A DNA stretch of 64,000 nucleotides. Source: Vicugna vicugna. Its lineage: Eukaryota. A program made the position numbers and the translations under genes. Under the pieces are notes generated by a model. The model did not search any database and was not told the origin of the DNA. It was given only the letters and a program-made list of their open reading frames with translations. Every line of letters begins with the position of its first letter. Positions within the stretch are counted from its first letter, which is position 1. Shown here piece by piece: positions 1-13,715 of the stretch. The stretch spans positions 372,001-436,000 of the forward strand of contig MU058139.1 of the NCBI GenBank assembly GCA_013265495.1. Direction: 5' to 3'.

Positions 1-3000
1 TACAAGCACTCGGCATTTTCAAACAGCTAAGAGAGTAATTTCTGGCTTAGATCTATTGAATTGTGATGATTCCCAAAAAGGGCAACATTAATCAGATTTA
101 TTTTGTAATTGGATTTTTATTAGTAATCATATTACCTCCCACCTCTTCTAAGCGAGTCTGAGGAATTCATGTACGTGCATCGTGATAAAAGTGAGAATTG
201 CTCTCAGGAAAAATCACAGGTTTTCTGGTGGGAGCCTTGGTCTTCCCAGGCCAGAGAATAGTTTCTGAGGGACGGTCCAAATGACTAGGCATTTCTCAGC
301 CCAAGCTGCCCAGCAGAGTCCGCATTGACCTGGGTGGAGATGAAGGATCTGGATCTCTCTTTGGGGGGGCCACTGGCACAAAAGGTGGATCTGTCAAGAA
401 AAAAATGAGCTGTCCCAGGCTGCAAAATACTATGGGGAAACACACTTGCCCATACATTGTATCTGCTAAACCCTGACATCTGGTGAGGAAAGGTTTTACC
501 CTTCAGGCTAGTGAACTGGTTACTGAGCTACACGCTGGTGTGCTGCCTGCAGGGAGGTTACAAATGTTCCGTGACCTACTTTCCATTAAAAAAGTTGCTC
601 TAAAAGTATGTTCTGGTATTTTGTCTTGGCCTAAGTTTCTTTTTCTCTTTATTATTACATTTCCAATACTACTCATTCCACCAGCTACAGACTCCTCTTC
701 TTTTCCATATAATCACTACTGAACTGTAAAAATTCCAGGGAAAGTAATCAAAAGTCATAGAAGGCATTTCCATTTGAGCATTTACAAGACTTTTTAAAAA
801 AAATGTTATCTCAAGTCTAAAATGGCTCTTGGTCCTTTGAACAGTGTCTTCAAAACTTGAAAAATAAAATAGAGATTAGACAAATTCAAAATGTTGTTTT
901 GGTCAAAAATGAAACACCAAAACAGACAGAAGCTGACAACAAACCATGAGGGCGAATCCATCAATGTTTGGACTTATTTTGGAATCAGATGATATCAAAT
1001 AAATACTTATTTTATTTTCTCAGATATTGAACAGCCTAAAAGTATATTTTTCTGTTTTCACTATTCATGTGGACAAGTACATGCCTCCAAGTTGCTGGGA
1101 AGTTTATAGGCTTTTTTTTTTAACTTTATAGATAAAGAAAAAACACTTAGCAGATGAGATAACCTAAGGCAAGCCAGTGCCTTCGGTGCCTTAATTTTCC
1201 CTATCATTAAAATTAGGTAATAACATTGACTCACCTTGGTAATCATGAGGGGTTTACAAATTTTTAACTAGAAAATCCTGCCTCTAGACAAATCGTACGC
1301 TCGGTTTTTCTCAGATCTGGAGCATCTCTTGATAAGAATGGGATAGAGAGCAGTGCTTTAGCACAGAAAATGGGGAGGACCAGTGCAGATGCTTTTTGCT
1401 TACTGTCCTCTAGAGACGGCCTTCAAGGCCCCCCTGAATTCTCCCTCATTCACTTAGAAGTCCTAGTTTACAGGCTATACCTAATACAAAAAAGAAGAAA
1501 ATTTACTTTTAGATTTTTCCTTTTGCCCTTTTTCCACCAAAAAGCACGACAATTAGTTTCGGCAGTTTTAGTTCCCATTTCCCCTCCATTTAATCTAAGG
1601 GGGTTTTTTTTGTTATTTTTTTTAAGTGGCATTATCCAGCTACTCACCATTTCTTTGCTTTGCTTTCTCAATTGTTTCTCAAGAAATCAGAACATAGGCC
1701 CGTTTCACAATACATTATGTTAGAAAGCATTGGGCAATGATTCTTGTGAAATAGTTCCTATTGGTATTTTCCTCAAATTGGCCAAGCCCCAGAGGAGACG
1801 GTTTAGTTATGTGGGATTCTTTGCTTGCCTGTGTTCCAAGACAGCCTTCACGCTCTGTGGAGCTTAGTCTAACCTACCGCCCCCTTCTCCCTCCCACAAA
1901 CCATTCCTCCATTGAGGAATGTCAGGGCTACTGGGAGCTGCCCCCGGATTCACATCCCTTTTCCAAGAGCCCTTGGCTGTTTTACTGAAAAGACTTTATC
2001 TTATCTGCAATATGAAACTATTTCAACCAAAAGGATTTTTCACTATTTCTAGTCGTCTTTGGCACCTCTCCCTTTCTGTCTGTGACTCTGAAGGAAAATG
2101 GCAGTCTAAATCTAAATTACACAAGTTTATGTTTATTTGCTGAGTTCCTCATCCTTGGTTTCCTTTCAATTCTCTCGAAGTTCTTGGAATCATGATGAAA
2201 TCCAGAACTGAACATTGCTCTCTGTAATAAAGCCCAGAAGAATGGGATAAAAAAAATTATATTTCAATACATTGGCTAGAGCCTTACCCATTTCAAATAA
2301 TAAATGTATTTTAAGGTTTTTCAGAAGGATGGAAAATAGTCATAAAAACAAGTCATGGAGAATTGTTTTGCACATCATAGATTTGAATAGTAAATATCCC
2401 CCAAATCCTTTCCTGAAGACAGTATTAAGAATGAGTGTAGGTCCTTGTCCCCTGACACGGGCTCTTGTCCGTGGAGACAGCATCATTCAGCTTCCATGTA
2501 CTGCTCTCCCTGACAGGTTCTCTGATTGAATGCCACCTCTTGGTCAGCTCAACTTTGATATCCATTTTGCTCCTTGAAGAACCTTTTTTAAACCTTGACT
2601 AAATTCTTTTCTCTCCCTAGAAGACCATCATCCTAGCTGCATGTAATTGTATTCTACTTGAGAATTTTGTGTGTATTTTGGTTATATATTCAATTGGTTC
2701 CCCTATGATTATGGGAAGGTGCTTAATATCATTATTTTCTCATGTCTGTGGTCTTTGTCACCAAGTGTCTTCTCATTGAAGAATCAGACTGATGTCTTTG
2801 AGCTAATGCAGTGAGGTGATATGTAGAACTTGAGAAAAAGATGTACATGGTTGAATTACTTGATGTATGCTGACATATTTATATCTCATTTCCTTGTATA
2901 TTACCTTGTTAGTGCTAACCTTGATATGTTCTTAGACTTCAGGTAAGTTTAAAAATTATGATATTATGTAATACTTGATTTCTTATGGATGGAATTTGGA

Positions 3001-5374
3001 AGAGATCCTACCTTAAAGAAATGACTACTGGGAAGGACACAAGGATGTTTTTATCATTAAGCAACTTGCCAAATATGATACATTTCACAATTTTTGAGCC
3101 AGGCTTTAAGAATGAGCAGATTGCCTTGAATGGTTTGCTCAGTTATCTGATGATCTGTTGCCATCTACAAAAAAATTGTAATCACCTCTCAACTTCCTCT
3201 GCCCCTCCTTATTGTTGAATACAGGCCTTTCATAAACAGCTAGTGAGTTTTGGTTATGTCTCAGTGTAGATATACAACTGCTATTTCATGAATGAACTTT
3301 CTGTAATTGAACTAGTTCCTTTCAGTTTTGAAACCTTATCAAGTATGACACACTTTCCCTTATCTTTCATAGCCTTTCCATAATTTTCTAAGACAATCAC
3401 CATTGTAATAGTTTATATCATTGAAGAGTTGAAAAATTAACACTTTAATGCTTAAAGGATATCTCCAAGACAGGCCATTTGACCTGTGTAGAGCTGAGAT
3501 TTTAATCTAGTGTCAACAATATTTCCTTTCATTCTATGATTTCGCTTTTATGACTGTATATATTATTGCTGGCTAAAGATATTTTTATAGTTCATAATGT
3601 TCTTTGAATCTCAAACTCACCCCCATTGAATGTTTCATTTTCCAGTGGCGCTTTTGTTTTTTCCAAACCAATCTGGTTTTTTTTTTTAACAAGACAAGGT
3701 TATAATTATTGTACAAAACTTGGCAGTATTCAAAGCATGGGTCTGAATTTAATGTATTTCTTTTTTGTCCTATTTTCCCAACATTATATTTCTTCTGATT
3801 ACATGGTAATGTCATTGAAGTTAAATCTTTCATATTTTTAACTTGCAGATTTATGCCCAATTAGAAGCATTTCTATTCCAAGATTTTCAGAATGAAGGAA
3901 TTCTTTGGGGTTAATTTAGTAAATATATCTTGAATTGATAACCTCATAATTTCTTCAAGATGTATAGAAGCATAGCTAAAAAGTCAAATGTGTTCCTGAA
4001 ATGACTTAAGATTTAAAGGCATAGATATTTTCTGATAAAAAATACCAATTTTTCTCTAAGATAATATACCCAGAAAGGGGAGAAGGTTTTTGAGGTACCC
4101 ATATGTAAAAAAGAAAATGTGTACATCAAGATTCTTTCAGTTAAAAGTGGTAGAGTATCTTCAAGTTTGCTTTGACATAGAGTTTATAGGAAGAACAGTG
4201 AGTTATCTCATCTCATCAAAGGAAGGTATAAAAATAAGAACAGGAACAATAGATTTCCGGAACAAGCAGAAGCAGTAACAAGAAGCCTTCGGAACCCTGT
4301 CTTTTCTCCTCTCTTTTCTCTTTCTGCATGACAACTTCATTTTCCCTTGTTACAGCCCGGCTTCCTACCGCAGTCAGGAGAGCCAACTACTGATGTTTTC
4401 AAGTTGAACATACTTGGCTCCTACTATTAACTCCCTTTGACTCAGTTACAGTTTGAACACATCTGGTTGGCTGAGATTGGGTCTGACATCCTACCTCGGA
4501 GTAATCAGTCAGTCTTTCAACAGTGCTCAGGATGGTGGGGTTCTATTAAAAATAAAACAAAAATAAAAACAAAAACCAAAACCAGCCATGATTATGATTA
4601 GGATAATCCATACTGCATCCATTAGGAGTTTTATGGCACAATTAACAGGAAACCGAATCCAGCCCAGCTTAGACATAAAAGAGTAATACATTGGTTTTAC
4701 TTCTGGAAGACCTCAAAGTTGGGTGTGCCTCGTATGTGCTTAGTTTAGCACTTGAGTTATGTCATCAAATGTTGTATTGTTTCTATTCTCACTCTGTGCT
4801 ACTCCAGTGTAGCTGGCTGGCTTCTCTCCTGGCTGGAGGGTAGCTGCCCTCACACTGGGGCTCGTGTGCCCTGCATGCACATCCAGGAAGAGAGAGGATG
4901 TCCATCCAGTGGCATGCTGGAGATGGCTTGTACCATCTTGCAAGGGTCAATCGTGCTCTCTATTCCAAATTCTGCATTTAATTACCTTATGTTAGTAGCT
5001 TGAAATTGGCTATACTGGGAGTATTTACACTACAGAAATTAGCAAATGCTATGGATCAGGACATTTTTCCTTCCTTCAGAGGGTTGGTTGTTACATTTAC
5101 CAGCACGGCACTGTCTATTCCAGATCTCAAGAGTCTTGAAGTTTGCTCTAATTGGATTGGCTTAGGTCACATGCCCACCCTTGAACCAAGATCTAGTGCC
5201 AGGAGACTTGAAATTAGAAAGTAAATATATACCATGATTCCTTTAATTTATAAGAGTATTTTAATAGCAAATAGACAGTCTGATATTAGACTCCATTACA
5301 TCATAGTTATGTGCTTATATAATGTAATGTAGTTTTGGTCAGTTCCAATGGGGAATTTTAAGTAGGTAAAGTGT

Positions 5375-5377
<3 letters not shown>

Positions 5378-5408
<31 letters not shown>
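5378..5408. repeat. (TG)n microsatellite
   Basis: About 15 perfect TG units. Confidence 0.95.
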
Positions 5409-5410
<2 letters not shown>

Positions 5411-5479
5411 GTGTTAGATACATGTTCAAGTTAGCATCTAGAAGAGATAAAAATTTTTTTTTTGCCATTGAGAACATGA

Positions 5480-6560
5480 AAAGTATTCCACATCATTAGT
5501 CATCAGAACAAAGTAAATTACATACCATGATGTACCATTTCACACTCAACAGAGTGACTAAAATTAAAAAGACTGACAATATTGAATGATGGCAAGCTTG
5601 CAGAATGGCTGAAAGTGTCATACATTCTTGATGAGAAGATGTAACCACCTGGAAGAATTTGATTGGCAGCTTCTTACGGAATTAAATATACACCTAATAT
5701 ATGGCCCAGCATTTCGACTCCTAGGTATTTACCCACGAGAAATGAAAGCTTATGACTATTCTAATATCTAGAATATAAAAGAACTCTTACAACGCAACAA
5801 CAAAAAAACATATAACCCAGTTTAAAAATGACAAAGGATTTGAATAGACATTTCTTCAGAGATGCACAAGTGGCCAATGAGCACATGCAAAGATACTCAG
5901 CATTGTTAGTCATAGGGAAACACAAATCAAAACCACAGTGGGCTACCACTTCATACTCACTAGGATGGCTAAATTAAAAAGATGGACAATAATAAGTGTT
6001 GACGAGGATGTAGGAAATAAGCACACTCTTGCTGGTTCTGATTGCTGATATGGTGCTAAAATGGTGCAGCCTCTTTGGCTGATAGGCCCTCCAAATGTTA
6101 AACATAGAGTTACCATATAAGTCAGCAATTCTGCTCCTACTTATTTACCCAAGAGATCGAAAACATATATCCACACAAATCCTTGTACATGAACACCTCT
6201 AGCAGCACCATTCATAGTAACCAAAAGATAGAAACAAACCAAACGTCCATCAACTCCTGACTGGATAAACAAAATGTGGTTTATCCATACAATGGAATAT
6301 TATTGAGCTTGGAATGAATGAAATGTTGATATGTGCTACAACATGGATGAACGTCAAAAAAGCAGCATGTTAAGTAAAAGCATCCAGTCACAAAAGGCCC
6401 GGTATATGATCCTGTTTATGTGAAATGTCCAGAGTAGACAAATCCACAAAGACTAAAAGTAGGTGAGTGGTTCCCTGGACTTGGAGGGCAGTCAAGAGGC
6501 AAGGGGAATAGGGTGTGACTGTTAATGAGCACAGGGTTTCCCTACAGGGTGATGAAAGTG
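5480..6560 (+). mobile_element. Old L1 3' fragments (two overlapping ORF2-end/3' UTR pieces)
   Basis: Typical L1 3' motifs such as aaggatttgaatagacatttc and atccatacaatggaatattatt; the same consensus segment appears at 5480-5757 and again after 5760. Confidence 0.8.
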
Positions 6561-7228
6561 TAAAATTGAGGAAACATCAGATACCTAACGTGCTATGGAG
6601 ATGTGAATTGGCAATAACACTTTTCCAGAGGACTTGGATAAGCCTGAAAAAGAATCTCACCTTAGTACCAGTAACTCAACTTCTAAAAAATGTATTTAAT
6701 GGAATGAGAAACTTCTGCAAATATTTATATATGAGAATATTTGTTTCAATAGTATTTTTAGTCATAAAAAAGTGGAAAAGATAGATTAACTGAACACAGC
6801 ATGGCTCATCTGTATTTTCAGATTTGACAAATGCATTAAATTCAATGTTTCAAATGAATATTTAACCACATAAAATGCATGATGTTATTTTATGTTAATA
6901 AAACTTAGATTACGAAAGACCGTGCTCAAGATGATCCGAATTAATGTTTCAATAGTATAATTCACCCACAAAAATGACTGGATAAGTTGTAGTAATAAAA
7001 GTTTTTAATTTTTTTGTTTATTCTGTTTTGTATTTCTCTTTGGAATGGGTTGGAGTCCATCTGTTTTATAATTAGAGAACAAAACAATGATACGTATTTT
7101 ATGGTCATGAAACTCTTTAGTTAATAGTGTTTGTGTGAACGTTCATAACAGTTCTTTTATAAAGATGAAGGAATTCCTAGTTGCCTCTTGACGGTAGGAG
7201 TCCTTTGCATATAAGCTTCAAGTTACAG

Positions 7229-7457
7229 CAGGGTTTCTCAGCAGCAGGACGATTGGCATTTTGGGCTGGGTGATCTTCTTTGTAGTGGGAAGGCAGGGGA
7301 TCAAGGGCTGCCCTGAGTGTTATAACATGTTTAGCAGCATCCCTGGCCGCCACCCACTCCTGGCTAGCAGCGCACCCCAGCATGACAGCAAAACAAAGCC
7401 TTCAGCTATTGCCAAATCTCCCTAGAATGCACAGTCGTCCCCAGTTTATAATCACTG
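7229..7457 (+). mobile_element. MER20-like hAT-Charlie DNA transposon
   Basis: cagggtttctca...atcactg termini; internal tgtttagcagcatccctggcc motif. Confidence 0.8.
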
Positions 7458-7744
7458 AATTAAAGGAGCCAATTTTTAAGGAAGAAAATTCTGCATTGTT
7501 TCTAAATAGGATTTATCTGTTCTGAAGTTCAACCTGTTTTCTCATACCTGTGCGTGTTTTGCAACTAGGGTAAGCATTGTTTTCATCAGGAAACCAGGTT
7601 AAACAGCATTTACCCAAATGGCTGTTGATTCTCATTTTAATTTCTATGTAAATTGCATGAATCTTCCTGACGTTTGTGTTTGATTGTTTCTGTTGCTTCT
7701 GATCATTACTTACGTTGCTGCTGGTTGTCCCATGCTTTGTACAG

Positions 7745-7945
7745 CTCGCTCCACCGTAACAGGAAGCTGTGACAATGACGGCGTGCACATTATTAGGGGT
7801 TATAGCTTATCTTCTACGCCTCTGGTGACGCTCTGTGGGGATGAGATCCTGTCTCCTGTTACTGTCTCTGGTCCAGTGCTGCTTAACTTCTACTCGAATG
7901 CACACACCCCGGATTTTGGATTCAAGTTTTCCTATAGGATAACCC
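7745..7945 (+). CDS. CUBN: Cubilin exon, second half of CUB22 (exon 57 if counted back from a 67-exon gene)
   Basis: tgtacag|CT...ACCC|gtgagt; 201 nt, phase 1-1; encodes (A)[33 protein letters not shown]...[11 protein letters not shown], recognisably cubilin. Confidence 0.96.
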
Positions 7946-8744
7946 GTGAGTAGCCAGAATGATGTAGTTTGGGATTTTCTTTTTTACTTGATCAATTCCC
8001 ACAAGGTGTTTTCATTGTGCTTCACACATCACCAACTTGAAGATTCCGAGACTTTAAGAGAAAAAGTTATTAATTTGGTGCACGGTCCAAGAATGCTTAA
8101 ATATTTTTCTTTTTAAAAAAAATGGGAGGCCCTTTTCCATGAACTTTGGCAGGAGTTTTGTTGTGATAATTTAAGTTAGAATGAATGTTCCTGCTCTCTT
8201 CAGTTTGTTTGTACATTGCAAAAGGTGACTTTTTGGCCTGCACTGTCCAGATGCCTATTTCATTTTCCCAAGACACTTTACTCATGTGAAAAGCAATATT
8301 TTATACATTTAGAAAAAATATAAGAGAATATTTTTATGATCTTCTGGTGAGGAAAAAAATTTTTAGCAATATGCAAAAAGCACAAGTCCTAAAGGAAAAG
8401 ATTAATGTATTCAACTGTTACAATTTGCGAATTCTCTACATCAAAAGCAAAGTAAGAAGACAGGTCATAGATTGTACAAAGACCTTTGTAGCTACCAAGA
8501 CCTTTTCATTCTTTGTAGACAGCTTGATCAACACTTGTTTAAAAATCATAAGATTCTATTCTCTATTTCAGCGGAAAAATCTGAATTATTTGTAGAACAC
8601 AATAAAGGGAGGCTTCTGTTGCTTTAAGATAAATAATTAATATCTCTCTTGGGGAAAAAGGTACAGTGGTCAGTAATATGTTAAAATCCTTTTCCTCTGC
8701 GATGAGTCGTAATTGTTCTCTGTGTGTCCCCGGTCCTGTTGCAG

Positions 8745-8874
8745 CCTGTGGCGGTGTGTTCAACCTATCCATTGGAATTGTCAAGAGCCCTTCCTACTCC
8801 TATTCTGACTACCCTAACGACATGCACTGTGTGTACACCATCACCGTCAGAGATGACAGAGTGATTCAGCTCAA
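8745..8874 (+). CDS. CUBN: Cubilin exon, first half of CUB23
   Basis: ttgcag|CC...TCAA|gtacgt; 130 nt, phase 1-2; CGGVFNLSIGIVKSPSYSYSDYPNDMHCVYTITV. Confidence 0.96.
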
Positions 8875-9229
8875 GTACGTTGAGGCACCATTGCCTTCTT
8901 AAGAAAGTCATTTCAGCTCTACTTACAGAAAAGATACTCCTTTAATGACGCAGAGCACTGATTCTCATCCATAGTATATGTGGGAATCTGGAGGAAGGGA
9001 GAGAGTATATGGTATGGTCTATCCTGGAAGCCTGGGAAGTGGGCCCCCTGCCCTCCACACAAGCCAAAAGGGATTCAAGGGAAAAACAGGCACTCCACCA
9101 GTTAAATCAATTGTTGTGATTTTCCAGCATTTTCAAAGAAATTTCGTGTAATGGGGTGTAATGTTATAAGCCTGTCTTGAAATCAGAGGGTGTGGGGAGG
9201 ACCAGAGAAAGCAGTTTCCACTTCCTGGG

Positions 9230-9430
9230 CACTTATTACATCCAAGAAACGTTAATGAAAACATCCATCATTCTTGTATTTAATTCTTAGAACAGTCATA
9301 GGAGGTATATCTTATTAATCTCACTTTATGGATGAGAAAACTGAGGCTGAGAAGTATCAGATAACTTTCCCAAAGTGACACACTATTTAATGAACTGTCA
9401 AAATCAGAATTCATATCAGATTTCCTCCCC
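9230..9430 (-). mobile_element. MIR SINE
   Basis: Core cactttatggatgagaaaactgaggctgaga...aactttcccaaagtgacaca. Confidence 0.75.
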
Positions 9431-10817
9431 ACACTGTGTGCTGAAAACTTCCCTGTGCTCTCTCTCTCTCAAAGGGTACATTTTCTAACCACTTAAGAAA
9501 TTCATTTTTATTTGTGTATCGGAACACCTCTAAACTGGTGCTACATGAGGTGTCTTACATCATCAGTAAAACCCTCCCTTGATCCTGCCTCCTTCCAACA
9601 AGACTGATTACGGGAAAGCAGCCTCCTGTTCTCCTGCTTGGTAACGTTCAAAATTGCTGTCATCTAAGATGAGCTAGTTCTAGCTCCTGTGTTTCAGTGA
9701 TGAAGAGCATGTGGTGGAAAACCCTGAAAGTTGGTGTAGTTTATTGCAATGCAGCATTTTTTATAGAAGTTTAAGGGGCTAGGACCTCTCCTCCCTCCTC
9801 CCTCCTATATGTCTGTGATCATATTCTCTCCCCCGAAATCATCAACTCTCTGCAATTGATCTCCCATGTCACATGGGTCCTTGGACTGTAACACAGGTCT
9901 CATCAAGCCTGATTTGGTTCCTCTATCAGACCATAAGTGGTCTGCAGGCTGGACCTTGAAGAACCCTGCAGGTCCCACCTGGGACTGTTTGTAAAGAAGC
10001 TGTGCCCCAAAGCCTAAAAGCTCTTTAAGTCCAGGGAACAAAAGAACCAACAAAAACTGCTGGATGGCCGGGAGCAGGAGGCCTGTGAAGGGAAGCGGAG
10101 GGCTGGTTGCTGTCATTTGCTATTGTGGCCCAATATTTGGTTCTTACATGGGTAGGATTGTAGCACATACTATCATGTATGTTTAGATACCTGCTTTTTG
10201 TTTCCTGCCTGGGCCCTGGGGCTCACCACGGTCAAAGTTCACAGCAGCGTGTTTGGAGAATTATTTACTATATTCGTTCTAGGAGCCTACGTTCCATGAA
10301 ACAGGTACTATTCTAGGCACCACAAAAGTTGTAGACAATCATAAAACATGAATCCTTTTACCAAGGCTCTCAAAATATGCTGGCCTCTTTTGGTTTTCTG
10401 ACAGTGGGTTCTTCCAGCTATTTTCTGTGCTCTCATAGGAAAATGATGCAAAGCCAAAGCAGCTCTGAGTCTTCTTGGAAACTTGTATCTTGATCTCTCT
10501 TTGTGGATTTGTGTTGTGGGCACTAAATGTGTTGTCTATAAAGAGTAAAACTGACTGTAATGTTTTTGGAAACCAACTAGCTGTGGTTTCACCTCTTCTT
10601 TTACAAGAACGTTAGATGTTATATGTGGTTAAAGAAATTAAGAAATTTTTCATCTTGATCTTTGTCATTTTGAAAACATTTGACCAACCAAAACGTGTTT
10701 TAAAAATATTGTATCATTTTTTCTTAAGCCTCTTAAAAGAAATACTTTAATCATGAGTTATTTTCAAATCATTCTATATTGTATATTAATTCTTACAAAG
10801 GCTAGCAAAAATACCAA

Positions 10818-10846
10818 AAAAGAAAGAAAGAAAGAAAGAAAGAAAA
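10818..10846. repeat. (GAAA)n microsatellite
   Basis: aaaagaaagaaagaaagaaagaaagaaaa. Confidence 0.9.
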
Positions 10847-11074
10847 GCCAAAAAATAGCTGAGAAGGAAGACCCTACAGTAATGATGACAGGATATCAAA
10901 TAATTTAAGCAGTTCAAGAAAAATGAACTATAAAATACCTACCCTAAAATCCTTAAGAAAAGCCATGTAGGAAGTCCTGCTTGTTTGGGAACTCTGGGAA
11001 TAGTTATAAATAGTGACAAAACAGAGGGCCTGGATTGAAATACTGTGTTAGACCATAAAAGAAAAGTCTGAGAT

Positions 11075-11440
11075 GTATCTGTCAGGATAGGTTTTAACTG
11101 GTAACAAACAAGCCCAAGACACAGTAGCTTAACTCAACATGTTTATTTCTCACTTGTATGAGTGTGTGGAGTGTGGCCTGACGGGAGGCTTCTCCCATCA
11201 TGGTCACTTGGCCACCCAGGTTGATTGAAGTGCCTTCCTCTGTTTCCTTCCACACTCAGCACTGCAGTAGAAGGCAGTGTGGCTGATTGAGTAGCAGTTT
11301 TTAAAACATCTTCCAAAAGTAATACACATGACTCCTGCTTACATTTCTGGGGTCAAAGCATGTCTCAGGGCCATGTCAAATCTCCAGAGGTGCAAGAGGG
11401 CAGTCCTAGCACATGTCCTAAAGGCTGAGAGCTGTGGAGA
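11075..11440. mobile_element. MLT1-type (MaLR) LTR remnant
   Basis: gtaacaaacaagcccaa...gcttaactcaacatgtttatttctcac; ends with an MLT1-like actcctgcttacatttc...ggtcaaagcatgtc segment. Confidence 0.55.
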
Positions 11441-12249
11441 CCACAGGAATCTGAAATGCGAATTTCTGAATTTATAGTAATTCCGTGAGACTCAAGAGAA
11501 TTTAGTTCATTCTTTTCTACCATTGATTTCTTACATTTTTTATTTCTTTTATGAAGAATAACATTTCACGTTCCTGGTTTTCACAATCACAATAATGATG
11601 ATCATTTGTTGTTTTTTGTTTTTGTTTTTGTTTTTTGTTGATCATCTAGTATATGCCAGATACCATAGTTTGGTCTTTATATCTTGTTGCACTTAACCTT
11701 AAAATAAACTCCATTTTAAAAGAAGGAAACAGACTGTGAGAACGACAATGGAGCTATGATTCTAAAATCAGTGTTTCTTCTACTCTATTGTGTTAGCATC
11801 CTTCCTGGAAAGAATAGGATAATGGTATCACTGGATCTCACAAAATAACAAGGGAAGAGAGTAAATACCATATTTTTAAGGAGACTGGAAAATTGAAGTG
11901 TTGCTAAATGATAAATAAATATCAGTTTGACTTGTCAAAACTTAGTGTCAAATATACTTTATATGTCCTTGACTGTAACTTCTGGAAGTCCTGGACTGTA
12001 TCTTACTCGTCTTTGTAGTCTCAGTACTTACCACACTTTTTGACATATTTCAGTCAGTCAAAAAGTTTTGGCTAAACTTTTGAACTGATCAGTAAAATAG
12101 TATATTATTTCTAATGTTTCCTATCAAGTTAGTCTTAGATGCTCTGCTGTTAGCTTTTGTCTTGTCTTTTTTTAAAAAATAAGAACTAAAGCTATAATTT
12201 AATGGAATCCAAATGGAAAACATCAGTATTCACAAGGTTCATTTCACAG

Positions 12250-12467
12250 GTTCAGTGATTTTGATGTGGTTCCCTCCGCCTTCTGCTCCCAAGACTACCT
12301 GGCAATTTATGATGGTTCTAACATCAGCGATCCCCTTCTTGGCAAGTTCTGTGGTTCTCAGCTTCCACCAAACGTTAAGAGCAGCAATAATACGATGTTC
12401 CTGGTGTTCAAGACGGATTCATCTCAAACAGCAAGAGGTTGGAAGATAACCTTCCAGCAGACACTGG
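12250..12467 (+). CDS. CUBN: Cubilin exon, second half of CUB23
   Basis: ttcacag|G...CTGG|gtaaga; 218 nt, phase 2-1; FSDFDVVPSAFCSQDYLAIYDGSNISDPLLGKFCG...GWKITFQQTL. Confidence 0.97.
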
Positions 12468-13176
12468 GTAAGAATTTTGGACATGTTAATCTGTTTTTCA
12501 TGACTTTTACTCTTCTGCTTTGTTTAATTTTTTTTTACCTGTTTAAGTTGTGCTTCATTTAAGTTGAGGGAAATGAGTCACATAAAATTTTGATTTTAAA
12601 AATTACATGTGATGTATTTTGAGTGAAAAAAAAAATCACTCAACAAATGTCTCTCTCTAGTATTTGAAGTGTCTACACCACCATCTCAAATGAGACATGA
12701 GCCTCATTTTATCACCTGTGGAAATGATAGGAGTTAAGCCTAAAGGTTGCAAGTGCCAGATCAAGAAAGAAGATGTTATAGCCTATGTTGACTTTATCCT
12801 CAAAATGGTGAAGAGTCTGAGAGAATTTTAAGTAAAGACTGCTTGGCCAGACTGGACTTCTGGAAAGATCATAGTGGTAGTCGGGTAGAGGAATTCTTGG
12901 TGGACCCCATAACCTCAGAAGAAAGAAACTTATCACAGAACCCCAGACAGAAGAAGTTATAGGCTCAAACTAATTAGTGGGAATAAAGATAGAAGGAGGG
13001 ATAGAAATCTCAGAGATACGCAGAAGGTAGAATACACTAGAAGGTAGAATACACCAAAGTTGGAAACTTGATGATTTTTCCATGACATGGGTTGAGGATG
13101 AGTTCTTATGGGTAAGTTGTTGGGTAGTGGTGCCTTAGGAGGCTAAGATTTAGGTAAGAAATAGTATATATGGTTT

Positions 13177-13715
13177 TGTTACCAAGACCAAACTCATTCT
13201 GCTCGCTGTACAACAGGCCAGTAAATCGGAAGATGAGGTGTTGGAGCAAGGAACAGCGACTTTATTTGGAAAGCCGGCTGACTGAGAAGATGGCAGGCTA
13301 ATGTCCTGGAGAACCATCTTCCCCAAGTCAGAGTTCAGGTTCCTTTTATACTAAAAAGGGGGAGGGGGTGTGGTTGGTTGTTGCAAACTTCTTGGTGTAG
13401 AAATTCTTTGTTCTTGGAATTCTTTGTTCTTGTAGCTATCCATGTGGGTCAGGTCATGGTGCCCCTGTAAAACCTCCAACAAAACAAATTTTTTTTTCTG
13501 TTCTGCAAATTGTTATCTTTATATGAGTAAAAAAATGTTAATATCCTTAAGGGTCATAGCCTTGAGAATAGGCTTTCCTGTATATTTCAGACTATAGGCA
13601 TCATTATTTTACAAAAGGTGCAGAGCCAGCAAGACTGAGCCTAGGAAACAGGGCACAGGGTTAAAGCCAAAGAAACGGGTCTAATATGGAGTCAGATGTG
13701 TTCTTTTCTACTACA
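13177..13715 (-). mobile_element. ERV1-type solo LTR, family A, copy 1
   Basis: TG...CA ends; 4-bp TSD GTTT/ATTT (one mismatch); minus-strand AATAAA (13261-13266) and TATAAAA (13344-13350); collinear with copies at 18274 and 33365. Confidence 0.88.

Noticed and set aside
1..7744. Additional upstream CUBN exon or an RNA gene in the first 7.7 kb
   Set aside because: I found no CUB-like reading frame with splice sites and no tRNA or snRNA pattern by eye; treated as intron.
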